DNA from: Candidatus Saccharimonadota bacterium
GTDB taxonomy: Bacteria; Patescibacteriota; Gracilibacteria; UBA4473
Direction: 5' to 3'
Assembly: GCA_963677105.1 (NCBI GenBank)
Contig: OY781871.1
Coordinates: forward strand, 480,001-512,000
Length of the DNA: 32,000 nucleotides
The position numbers were made by a program, and so were the translations under genes. Shown here in pieces: positions 1 to 8,041 of the stretch. The stretch's first letter is position 1. Every line of letters begins with the position of its first letter. The notes below the pieces were generated by a model, which was given only the letters and a program-made list of their open reading frames with translations, was not told the origin of the DNA and made no database searches.

Positions 1-448
1 TTATCGGATACATCAACGCTGATTTTACTCGTTGATTTAGCTCAATATTTTTCTGCACTTGTTCAGCAATATTGTCTAACACTTCTTCTAATTGCCCGGA
101 AAGCTCTCCCGAATAAATCATACGAACTTCTGCTCTCGGAAACACTTTTGGATGTTTTGCCATTGCCTGTGACAACGTTGATCCATGGTGAATTATATCG
201 TGTTCGATAGTGTCCAAAACTCTCTGGAGTCGCAGATTCTGTGTCCGCCGAGACAACATTCTAACTGCATTCGTAATGGGAACTCCTGATTTTACCAATA
301 AACGAAGTGAATTAAAAAACAAAGATCGTTCTTTGTTTGTTATTGCGGAATTATTAACCAAAAAATCATTCACCTTTTCAAACAAGGAGAGACTTGATCG
401 ATCAGTTACGCCATAAATGACCTGTTCATGATTTATGTGTCTTTTCAT
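1..448 (-). CDS. pilC: Type IV pilus / T2SS platform protein PilC (GspF family), N-terminal part; the gene continues past the left window edge
   Basis: Missing from the ORF track because it has no stop inside the window. Hand translation of the minus strand from ATG 448..446 stays open to position 1: MKRHINHEQVIYGVTDRSSLSLFEKVNDFLVNNSAITNKERSLFFNSLRLLVKSGVPITNAVRMLSRRTQNLRLQRVLDTIEHDIIHHGSTLSQAMAKHPKVFPRAEVRMIYSGELSGQLEEVLDNIAEQVQKNIELNQRVKSALMYPI. This matches the first T2SSF repeat pattern (LL.sGvpi..al..l......l...l..i...i..G.sls.am......fp......i..gE.sG.L...L). The start overlaps the stop of the upstream PilO-like ORF in ATGA. Confidence 0.85.
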   Translation of the reverse strand, partial: MKRHINHEQVIYGVTDRSSLSLFEKVNDFLVNNSAITNKERSLFFNSLRLLVKSGVPITNAVRMLSRRTQNLRLQRVLDTIEHDIIHHGSTLSQAMAKHPKVFPRAEVRMIYSGELSGQLEEVLDNIAEQVQKNIELNQRVKSALMYPI

Positions 449-942
449 CCCTCAATAAAAAAAGCATAAAGTGAAATATTCATTTCTGTACGAGGAATTG
501 GCAGCGAGGAATCTGTGATAAAGGAAAGTCCGTTTGTTCCCATAAACCGTGGATTATTTTCTACTTCTTGAAGAAAATTTTGAATTTGTTTACGACGACC
601 CGATAGTGGAAAACTAATACTGATTTGCTCTGCGTTCACATCCGAATTTTTCCCGATCGAAAAACTCCACGCATCAGGAAGCGTAAAACCCGTTTTTTTT
701 GCTATACGATTAACATCGTTGATTAGCTCTATTTGTTCAGGTTCTGTAGGAATTATTTTTCCAGTATCTGCAACCGTCTCTACCTTTTCTAGCATCGATA
801 ATCGCTCAATTTGTGATTGTTTTTGTATAAATAATTGCTTATTTTTAACTTCTCTTTCAATCGCCACCTTCCGAATTGGACCAACTCCAAATCCTGCCAT
901 TAAAACAAGTGCCACCGTAAGAATAATGTTACTTGTCTTCAT
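445..942 (-). CDS. PilO-like bitopic membrane protein (candidate pilus alignment-complex component)
   Basis: 165 aa with an N-terminal TM helix (IILTVALVLMAGFGV), a coiled-coil stretch and a C-terminal alpha/beta-looking domain. It overlaps the PilN-like ORF by 14 nt and pilC by ATGA. The assignment rests on architecture and position, not on a strong motif. Confidence 0.45.
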   Translation of the reverse strand: MKTSNIILTVALVLMAGFGVGPIRKVAIEREVKNKQLFIQKQSQIERLSMLEKVETVADTGKIIPTEPEQIELINDVNRIAKKTGFTLPDAWSFSIGKNSDVNAEQISISFPLSGRRKQIQNFLQEVENNPRFMGTNGLSFITDSSLPIPRTEMNISLYAFFIEG

Positions 943-1495
943 TATGGTTTGGGAAAAAATTAAATGTCAATTCTGCCGATTGCTTTGCTCCTGCTACTGG
1001 CGGAGAAAGTATTGAAGTACTAGCAATTCGAATATTACTCACTCGAGAATCTTTTTTTAACGAATCAATAAATACCGATAAACTCTTCCAGGAAGTCGCT
1101 TGGCAAGAAACCGACATCTTCCCTTCCGAAAAATTTACTCTTGAAAAACGCACCGCAGAAGACTCTAAATCTACAATCTGCTCCATAATATTCGACCAAT
1201 TTGTTCTAAATTTTTCTGCATTCCTTGCTACTTCTTTTTGTCTTTTAACCAATGACTCTGTTCCTGGTGCAAGAGCTTGAAGACGTTTTTGTGTGTTTTC
1301 AATAGAAACTTCAAACCTTTGATTTTCCTTCTCTAATCTCCATGATTTCAATCCATAAAATCCCATTACTACAACAACTATTGCCGCAGCGAAACTCCAG
1401 ACGATCCAAAATCGTCGATTAGACTCGTGTTTTTTTTGTATTTGTTCTTGCTCCATGGCACTTTTCATTGTACGGTCGGCAAGACAATTTCTCAA
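929..1495 (-). CDS. PilN-like bitopic membrane protein (true start may be an internal Met at 1468 or 1456)
   Basis: 188 aa with a short basic N-terminus, one TM helix (FWIVWSFAAAIVVVVMGFYGL), a coiled coil and a C-terminal domain, lying directly upstream of the PilO-like ORF and pilC. The canonical PilM-binding INLLP motif is absent. Confidence 0.45.
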   Translation of the reverse strand: MRNCLADRTMKSAMEQEQIQKKHESNRRFWIVWSFAAAIVVVVMGFYGLKSWRLEKENQRFEVSIENTQKRLQALAPGTESLVKRQKEVARNAEKFRTNWSNIMEQIVDLESSAVRFSRVNFSEGKMSVSCQATSWKSLSVFIDSLKKDSRVSNIRIASTSILSPPVAGAKQSAELTFNFFPNHNEDK

Positions 1496-1514
1496 CTTTT
1501 TTTACCCTAAAATA

Positions 1515-2123
1515 ATGCAACTTTGGAGCGCTGATAATGCGGCACTGATAATAACTCGGGCAATTTTATGTCGAGAACCAAAAATTTCTCTACAAATCTT
1601 TCTCGGTGGAGCTTGTCCCAAAGATGCTGTTTCTGTTCCTGATATATGGGAAATAGCTATCGACAGTTTAAAATTGAAATATAAAAGACTTGGAGTTGCT
1701 TTCGATCAAGCAAATCATGAGGAGAATGAGTTTTTACAAAATGCTTGCAATTTTTCGCTTCCTATCAAATACGAACTCCTTTCTGATTTCGCAAATCGTC
1801 AATTAGCGGACACCGTTGAATTTCGCAGACTTGCAAGAAAATATCTTCGACCCGCAAAACACGCACACTGTGATGCTGTTCTGTTTTTATCTGGAACATT
1901 GGCTGAAGAATCGTCTCGCAAAATACTTGCAAAAACGCTTGGAACACAGATAAAATCATTTTTATTGACCGACTTTTTACCGAAAAGTTGGCTTGTCGCA
2001 GAAAAGAAACAACATATTGAAATTTTTGCCAATAACAACCTCGAACAGGTGCGAAAAGAGGCGGAAATTTTATTACACAAAAAAATCACAAAAGACTGCG
2101 TACAACTTCGGAAACAAGATTAA
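1515..2123 (+). CDS. Hypothetical protein (about 202 aa)
   Basis: The ORF-track frame 1455..2123 is trimmed to ATG 1515 (MQLWSADNAAL...) because the upstream extension overlaps the PilN-like start. No motif I can name with confidence. Followed 15 nt later by the YqaA-like gene. Confidence 0.5.
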   Translation: MQLWSADNAALIITRAILCREPKISLQIFLGGACPKDAVSVPDIWEIAIDSLKLKYKRLGVAFDQANHEENEFLQNACNFSLPIKYELLSDFANRQLADTVEFRRLARKYLRPAKHAHCDAVLFLSGTLAEESSRKILAKTLGTQIKSFLLTDFLPKSWLVAEKKQHIEIFANNNLEQVRKEAEILLHKKITKDCVQLRKQD

Positions 2124-2138
2124 ACCATTGCATAAAAT

Positions 2139-2582
2139 ATGGAAGAAACACTAATCCAGTTGGGATACATAGGACTGTTTACGGCATCTTTTCTTGCTGC
2201 TACGTTGCTGCCGCTTTCTTCTGAAATATTCGTCATATTAATGATTGTTTCAGGACGTAATGCAGTACTTATTTGGTTTGTCGCGTTAATGGGAAATTAT
2301 CTCGGCGCATCAACAAATTATCTTGTCGGAAAATATGGCGATGATTTTATTTTATCTAAATATATCAAATATGGTCCGAAGAAGAAAAAAGTCGAAGATT
2401 TATATAAAAAGTATGGATCTCCACTATTATTATTTTCGTGGTTGCCGGTAATTGGTGATCCATTGTGTCTCATTCCTGGAATCTTTCATCTGGATTTTCA
2501 CATTTTTTCATTCTGGGTAATTCTCGGAAAAGCTATACGTTATTTTGTGGTTATAAAAGCGGTGGAAATTATTGCGTTCTAA
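2139..2582 (+). CDS. YqaA/DedA-type (SNARE-associated-like) small membrane protein
   Basis: 147 aa with 4 predicted TM segments. The pattern GYIGLFTASFLAATLLPLSSEIFV...GNYLGASTNYLVGKYG...LLLFSWLPVIGDPLCLIPG is typical of the YqaA/DedA family. Confidence 0.7.
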   Translation: MEETLIQLGYIGLFTASFLAATLLPLSSEIFVILMIVSGRNAVLIWFVALMGNYLGASTNYLVGKYGDDFILSKYIKYGPKKKKVEDLYKKYGSPLLLFSWLPVIGDPLCLIPGIFHLDFHIFSFWVILGKAIRYFVVIKAVEIIAF

Positions 2583-2594
2583 CGAAATAAAGAA

Positions 2595-2623
2595 TTGAAA
2601 AAAGTCCGTTATTCTGATATAAT
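2595..2623 (+). promoter_or_regulatory. Sigma70-like promoter of pilB, leaderless geometry
   Basis: TTGAAA (2595-2600), 17-nt spacer, TATAAT (2618-2623), then 6 nt (cacgcg) to ATG 2630. There is no SD. Confidence 0.55.
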
Positions 2624-2629
2624 CACGCG

Positions 2630-4276
2630 ATGACACAGGACTTAAATGCAACCGAAGCATCTCCTCTTGAACAGGTGAATCGAGAGCTTGATGATAAAAA
2701 AGCGCGTCAACGCGCTGCTTCCTCTGGATTGCCATATGTTGATCTGCGACATTTTGATATTAATATTGATGCGCTTCGTTTGACAAAAAAAGAAGTCGTG
2801 GAGGAGGCTCATGCAATTCCTTTCGATTTATTAGGGAAAAGGGTACGGATTGCTTTTCTAGGAGAAAAATCCGTTGCAGCAGATAATCTCGCTCATTCTC
2901 TTGAAGAACAGGGTTTTGCTGTCGAATGGACAATTTGCTCTATGGCTGGATTAGAACAAGCAATGCGGGAATATGATTCACACATGTTTGTGCGACATAA
3001 AATTGAATTGCGTACTGAATCAAGAGAAACCAAAGAGCAAGAATTAACCGCTCATTTGCAAGATTTCTCAACACTAGAACCCCATCTTAAAACACTTTCT
3101 TCTGGAGAATTACTAAATGAAATTGAACTTCTTGCTGTTTCGTCTCAGGCGTCGGACGTACATTTCCAACCAGGAAGAGATGAAATGGTTGTACGAGTAA
3201 GAATTGATGGTGTATTACATGATGTATTAAAAATTCCGATTAAAATTGCTGAACAACTCGTTACTCGGATAAAATATGAAGCCGGAATGCGTGCAAATAT
3301 TACTAATTCTCCACAAGATGGAGCCATTTGTTTCGAAATAAATGGAAGGAAGGTTGATCTTCGTGTTTCTACTCTTCCTACACCAACCGTTGAATCTGTC
3401 GTTTTTCGAATACTGGATTCTTCACAGGGAATTTTAACTTTTTCGGAACTCGGATTTACCCCACATGTTGAGAAAAAAATATTAACTTCTCTTCAGCGAC
3501 ATAGTGGAATTATACTTGTAACTGGACCAACTGGATCTGGAAAAACAACAACTTTGTATTCTATGTTGGCGGAACTCAACACGCCAGAAAAAAAATTAGT
3601 AACACTTGAAGATCCGATTGAATATCACCTAAATGGAGTATCTCAATCACAAGTTGATGAAAACAGTAACTATACATTTGATTCTGGATTCAAATCATTG
3701 CTCCGACAAGATCCTGATGTGATTTTAGTGGGAGAGATTCGTACATTAGAAACAGCAAAACTCGCCTTTGAAGCAGCATTAACTGGACATACTGTGTTGT
3801 CGTCTTTACATTCAAACTCCGCTGTTGGTGCCATTTCCCGTTTGCGGAATCTTGGGGTTAAAGATGTGAATACTGCGCCAACAATTTCTGCAATATTTGC
3901 TCAACGATTGGTCCGTCGAGTCTGTAAAAAATGCTGCAAACAAGAAGTAGCAAAAGACAATGATCGTGTAAACTCTGCAATAGAACGATTACAAAAAATT
4001 CTTCCCGAACAGAAAATTCCAAACACTGTTTCCGTTGCAGAAGGATGTAAAGATTGTTCTTTCACCGGATATTCAGGACAAATAGCAATAAGCGAAACTT
4101 TCGTGGTAGACGATATTCTTCGTGAAATGATTTTGAACGGTGTTTTTGAAACAGAAATGCTAGAACATCTACGTAAAAACACAGACTATGTTTCTCTTTG
4201 GGAAGACGGTGTGTTGAAAGTTTTGGAAGGTATTACCACGTTAGACGAAATTGAACGTGTCGTTGGAATGTCTTAG
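2630..4276 (+). CDS. pilB: Type IV pilus assembly ATPase PilB (GspE family)
   Basis: 548 aa. N-terminal GSPII_E_N-like region, Walker A GPTGSGKTTT, Walker B/Asp box LRQDPDVILVGEIR, His box GHTVLSSLHSN, and tetracysteine motif CKKC...CKDC. Confidence 0.92.
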   Translation: MTQDLNATEASPLEQVNRELDDKKARQRAASSGLPYVDLRHFDINIDALRLTKKEVVEEAHAIPFDLLGKRVRIAFLGEKSVAADNLAHSLEEQGFAVEWTICSMAGLEQAMREYDSHMFVRHKIELRTESRETKEQELTAHLQDFSTLEPHLKTLSSGELLNEIELLAVSSQASDVHFQPGRDEMVVRVRIDGVLHDVLKIPIKIAEQLVTRIKYEAGMRANITNSPQDGAICFEINGRKVDLRVSTLPTPTVESVVFRILDSSQGILTFSELGFTPHVEKKILTSLQRHSGIILVTGPTGSGKTTTLYSMLAELNTPEKKLVTLEDPIEYHLNGVSQSQVDENSNYTFDSGFKSLLRQDPDVILVGEIRTLETAKLAFEAALTGHTVLSSLHSNSAVGAISRLRNLGVKDVNTAPTISAIFAQRLVRRVCKKCCKQEVAKDNDRVNSAIERLQKILPEQKIPNTVSVAEGCKDCSFTGYSGQIAISETFVVDDILREMILNGVFETEMLEHLRKNTDYVSLWEDGVLKVLEGITTLDEIERVVGMS

Positions 4277-4355
4277 TAAAAGTACAAATTTCAAAGTACG
4301 AACTACAAAATCTGAAGGCTTGCTTTTTTCAACTTTTCCCGCAAAATATCTCACG

Positions 4356-5282
4356 ATGATTGGCGTATTTTTATCGACATTGTTTTGGAATAACGTATTG
4401 AATGCAAAAATCCCCAAAAGCCCACAAATCTCAACACATAAAGTGTGGGAGGCTTCTTCTGTTGTAGAAGAAGAAACAACTCAAAATCAACTATTTGATG
4501 AACGCCTAATTGATTCATCAAAAAAAATTGCACAACCAATGCCTGAATTTTCGAAGAAAGTTCTCGTCGTAGCGCCTCATCCGGATGACGAAATTTTATG
4601 TTGTGCAAATACAATAAAAGAGCATCTTCTTTCTGGTGATGACGTTTCTATTGTCGTGATAACAAACGGTGATGGAAAATCTGAAAATAATCGCCAAGAA
4701 TCATTAGATTATGGACGACAACGGCAAAATGAATCTTTGCACGCGGCAAAGAAATTGGGGATTCCTCTGCGGAAAATCTATTTTCTTGGATTTCCTGATG
4801 GAAACTTGGCTGATATAGAAAGAAGAGGCAGTTCGCGCAGTCAATTTACAAACCTTATGCAAACGATGCGATCAAGTCTTTTCCCCGGAACTCCATATAC
4901 ATGGAACGGACTTCAACAATCTCTAAAAAAAGTTCTACAAAAATCTACTCCTGATGTCGTATATCTTCCCGGAGTAGAAGATTTACACGAAGATCATCGT
5001 GTTAGTGCGAATGCAGTTCGTGTTGCCGCAAATACTGTTCATATAGTTCCAATATGGAAAGAATATGTCGTACATTCTAAAAATAAATCTTGTGTCGAAC
5101 AATCTGTCGATAAACAAAAACTAGCATTGATTCGTGAATTTAAAACACAACGACACGATAGATATCACTCTGAATTTTTGGAGAAGTTCGCATCATGTAA
5201 AGAAGAGTTTCGAGATTCTGCCAATGTAACAAATACAAAAAATGGTTTGACTTCCGTCAAAATCATACTTAAATCTCAATAA
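4356..5282 (+). CDS. PIG-L/LmbE family N-acetylglucosaminyl deacetylase with N-terminal membrane anchor
   Basis: The ORF-track start 4251 overlaps the pilB end. ATG 4356 gives MIGVFLSTLFWNNVLNA (anchor or signal). Motifs VLVVAPHPDDEILC and DLHEDHRV match the PIG-L family metal-binding pattern. Confidence 0.75.
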   Translation: MIGVFLSTLFWNNVLNAKIPKSPQISTHKVWEASSVVEEETTQNQLFDERLIDSSKKIAQPMPEFSKKVLVVAPHPDDEILCCANTIKEHLLSGDDVSIVVITNGDGKSENNRQESLDYGRQRQNESLHAAKKLGIPLRKIYFLGFPDGNLADIERRGSSRSQFTNLMQTMRSSLFPGTPYTWNGLQQSLKKVLQKSTPDVVYLPGVEDLHEDHRVSANAVRVAANTVHIVPIWKEYVVHSKNKSCVEQSVDKQKLALIREFKTQRHDRYHSEFLEKFASCKEEFRDSANVTNTKNGLTSVKIILKSQ

Positions 5283-5300
5283 TTATTAATTATACAAAAA

Positions 5301-5477
5301 ATGGCTATGGTTTGGATCGACATAGAGGCAACTTATACACCAGATGATCAAAAGGAAACGAAGACATTCGTACAAGAGCTTTTTGGTTTACAAAATCGTC
5401 TTTTAGTCGAGGCAGAAAAAAAACGTAAAATAGAACTAGAAACTTTAATCGCCACACGTTTAGAGATAGAAATCTAA
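5301..5477 (+). CDS. Possible small protein (58 aa), unannotated in the ORF track
   Basis: Hand translation gives MAMVWIDIEATYTPDDQKETKTFVQELFGLQNRLLVEAEKKRKIELETLIATRLEIEI followed by a stop. It is charged and helical-looking. There is no SD and no homology that I can recognise. Confidence 0.25.
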   Translation: MAMVWIDIEATYTPDDQKETKTFVQELFGLQNRLLVEAEKKRKIELETLIATRLEIEI

Positions 5478-5523
5478 ATTTTTTGTTCTTTGAACTTTGT
5501 ACTTTCTTATTTGTAATCTGAGC

Positions 5524-6219
5524 TTAAATTATTCCCCGAAAAGCTTTTTCTATTGGACAGGATTTTTCATCGAATAATATTTTCCCCGCTTCTAGTCGAA
5601 TTACCCGCGGAGTCAACGCTTTTATTAAAACGGGATCATGTGTTGAAAACAATACAGTTAATCCTTGTGTTAAGTGTAAATGTTGCAATAAGTCGGCAAT
5701 ATCCCGAGAATTTTTTGGATCGAGATTTCCCGTAATTTCATCTGCAATTAATATTTTCGGATCATGTACAAGTGAGCGAGCGATCGCAGTTCGTTGTTTT
5801 TCTCCGCCAGACAACTCATGGGGAAATGCGTCCATTCGGTGGCTCAATCCAACTAAGTCGAGAAGTTCCGGAACCTTCTGGGAAATCTTTTCATCTTCTC
5901 CACATACTTCAAGAGCAAAGGAGACGTTATCAAACACCGTTTTCTTTGGTAATAAACGAAAATCCTGAAATGCGACTCCAATTTGTCGACGATAATGTTG
6001 CATGCTTCCGGAAGTTAGATCAGACAACAAAATATTATCGAGAAAAATATTTCCTTCTGTCGGATGTACTTCTCCCGTCAGGAGACGAAACAATGAAGAC
6101 TTTCCTGCGCCAGAAACCCCCAATACTGCAACCATTTCTTGTGGATGAATCTCAAAGGAAATGTCTCGAAGAACAGACTGATTGCCAAGGTCGAGCGAAA
6201 CGTTATCAAATTTCAACAT
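5524..6219 (-). CDS. ftsE: Cell-division ABC ATPase FtsE
   Basis: 231 aa. Walker A GVSGAGKSS, FtsE-typical YRRQIGVAFQDFRLLPKKTVFDNVSFAL, signature LSGGEKQR, Walker B ILIADEITGNLD. No ftsX is adjacent. Confidence 0.85.
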   Translation of the reverse strand: MLKFDNVSLDLGNQSVLRDISFEIHPQEMVAVLGVSGAGKSSLFRLLTGEVHPTEGNIFLDNILLSDLTSGSMQHYRRQIGVAFQDFRLLPKKTVFDNVSFALEVCGEDEKISQKVPELLDLVGLSHRMDAFPHELSGGEKQRTAIARSLVHDPKILIADEITGNLDPKNSRDIADLLQHLHLTQGLTVLFSTHDPVLIKALTPRVIRLEAGKILFDEKSCPIEKAFRGII

Positions 6220-6253
6220 TGATTTTTTTTTTCATTCTGACAGAATTTCCCTG

Positions 6254-7390
6254 ATGAAAAAAGTTCTCTTATCACTTTTCGGAATATTTCTCTGTATTAG
6301 TAATTCCCAAGCACAAAGAATTCCAACCTTTGAATTGTTTTATGGAGCGGAATGCCCTCATTGTCACGATGAAATTGAATGGCTCGAAATTATACAAAAA
6401 TCACATCCCGATCTTATCATAAATAAATATGAAGTTTGGCATAATGCGGAAAATCGAACACTCTTAGCACAACGAGCAAAAGAATTAAATGTTATTCCGA
6501 ATGGAGTGCCTTTTAATGTGATTGGAAACACGGTAATCTCAGGATTTCAACGAGAAATATTATTGAAAACACTTCATGAAGAATTTGGATTTGAAACAGG
6601 TGATTCTTGTGGACTGGAAAAAGAGGAGGAAATTTGCACCTCTCCTAAATGGGAAAAATGGCTCAAATCTTCGTGGCCAATCATGGCGCTTGCGTTGGGA
6701 CTTACTGATGGATTCAATCCTTGTGCGATGTGGTCACTTTTCGTGTTACTTGGATTTTTACTCGGACTTGAATCAAAAAAGAGACGCTGGCTTATTGGAG
6801 GAGTATTTATTTCCAGTTCGGGAATTTTATACTTCGCGGCATTGTTAACATATCTCCTTGGGTTTGGAGAGGTTTCTGCACTTATGGCAACAAGCACTAT
6901 GGACTGGGTTTTCCGTGGAGTTGGGGTTCTCGCGCTTGCAACGGGAATACAAACTTTATGGGTTGCTCATCGTGCACAGATAGAATGCTCTGTTCGTGAT
7001 GCAACAAGTCGAAAAAAATTTTCTGAACGCATGCATTCTGTTCTTGAAAAGAAAAACCTTTGGCTCGTATTATTGGGAGTAATTGGACTCGCGTTTAGCG
7101 TTAATTCTGTTGAGCTACTCTGTTCCTTTGCAATCCCAACTACGTTTACTGCAACGCTTATATCAATGAAGCTTTCAATGTGGCAACAACTTTCCGCAAT
7201 TGGACTCTATGATTTAGCGTATATGTTTGACGATATTCTTGTATTCACGATTGCTATGTGGACGCTCTCTTTAAAAGTTTTCTCGCCAAAAATCATGCAA
7301 TGGTCACACGTTATCGGTGGACTTCTTTTGTTAATAATCGGAGGAACACTGGCTATTGATCCTTCTTTTCTGAGTCTCCTTGTAAAATAA
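6254..7390 (+). CDS. Secreted thioredoxin-fold domain (CPHC) fused to a CcdA/DsbD-like membrane thiol-disulfide transporter domain
   Basis: The ORF-track start 6182 is trimmed to ATG 6254 (MKKVLLSLFGIFLCISNSQAQ signal). Redox motif YGAECPHCHDE. The membrane domain has the two DsbD_2/CcdA-type Cys motifs GFNPCAMW and ELLCSFAIP. Confidence 0.7.
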   Translation: MKKVLLSLFGIFLCISNSQAQRIPTFELFYGAECPHCHDEIEWLEIIQKSHPDLIINKYEVWHNAENRTLLAQRAKELNVIPNGVPFNVIGNTVISGFQREILLKTLHEEFGFETGDSCGLEKEEEICTSPKWEKWLKSSWPIMALALGLTDGFNPCAMWSLFVLLGFLLGLESKKRRWLIGGVFISSSGILYFAALLTYLLGFGEVSALMATSTMDWVFRGVGVLALATGIQTLWVAHRAQIECSVRDATSRKKFSERMHSVLEKKNLWLVLLGVIGLAFSVNSVELLCSFAIPTTFTATLISMKLSMWQQLSAIGLYDLAYMFDDILVFTIAMWTLSLKVFSPKIMQWSHVIGGLLLLIIGGTLAIDPSFLSLLVK

Positions 7391-7409
7391 AATTTCGTAA
7401 AGAATTCTC

Positions 7410-7438
7410 TTGCCAATAATTCGCAATCTTGCTAACGT
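7410..7438 (+). promoter_or_regulatory. Sigma70-like promoter of the Fur-family gene, leaderless geometry
   Basis: TTGCCA (7410-7415), 17-nt spacer, TAACGT (7433-7438), then 8 nt to ATG 7447. Confidence 0.45.
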
Positions 7439-7446
7439 CGCGCTCG

Positions 7447-7875
7447 ATGAGTGATTTTCTATTATCAGTTCAAGCCATATTCGTTGCTCGTGGATGGCGC
7501 GTAACCGCAGGAGTACAAAATGTTGTTCGTATATTAGAACAGTCTCAAATCCCTATTTCTTCTGCAGAAATTTGTGCACAACTCGAAAAGGAAGGACGAC
7601 CAATTGATCTCACTACCGTGTATCGAATTCTGGATAGATTAATCTCTATTCACCTTTTGCATTCATTAAATGGAAAATTTATTCGTTGCTCTGATCCCGA
7701 AAATAAAAGTGACTCTCATCACTTTCTGATCTGCGATGATTGTGGAAAAGCTGAAGAGATTTTCCTTGATTATTTTAAGTCAATCGAACAACAGCTTCAA
7801 CGAGAAAAGAAGTTCCAATTGCGAGAAGTTGATATGAATTTTTTGGGACTTTGTTCTCATTGTCGGAAAAATTGA
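7447..7875 (+). CDS. Fur-family metalloregulator (Fur/Zur/PerR type)
   Basis: The TTG start in the ORF track (7429) is trimmed to ATG 7447. Winged-helix region SSAEICAQLEKEGRPIDLTTVYRILDRL, H-rich linker SDSHHFLICDDCGK, and C-terminal CSHC (two CxxC pairs). Confidence 0.8.
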   Translation: MSDFLLSVQAIFVARGWRVTAGVQNVVRILEQSQIPISSAEICAQLEKEGRPIDLTTVYRILDRLISIHLLHSLNGKFIRCSDPENKSDSHHFLICDDCGKAEEIFLDYFKSIEQQLQREKKFQLREVDMNFLGLCSHCRKN

Positions 7876-8041
7876 CAATTCTGGAAAACCGCGTAAAATC
7901 AGGGCGAAATTGAGTTGTTAATACGATTTTTTCTATATATTTTTTATAAATCACCCCATTCTCAGGAGATTCTTGAGAAAGTGTGTGTGGATCAATCATA
8001 GCGAACTCCGTTTCCCTTGATTTTTTTAAACCAATCTTGAT

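Noticed and set aside
521-532. AAGGAAAGTCCG, resembling the RNase P RNA conserved GAGGAAAGUCC core
   Set aside because: It sits inside the PilO-like coding frame. None of the other RNase P conserved regions or helices lie nearby, so it is a coincidental short match.
210-1280. Plus-strand ORFs 210..416, 719..1015 and 933..1280 in the ORF track
   Set aside because: They lie antisense to well-supported minus-strand genes (pilC, PilO-like, PilN-like), have low-complexity or Cys/Phe/Ser-rich translations and carry no motifs. They are shadow ORFs. The same applies to most short ORFs antisense to pilB, rny, glyA, purL, metG, recA and the giant genes.
1515-2123. Possible degenerate glutamate racemase. 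NACNFS resembles the ACNTA catalytic motif, and DAVLFLSGTL resembles D.lVLGCTHYP.
   Set aside because: The protein is about 60 aa shorter than MurI, the N-terminal GVFDSGxGG motif is absent, and the second catalytic Cys is missing. The resemblance is too weak to call without a profile search.
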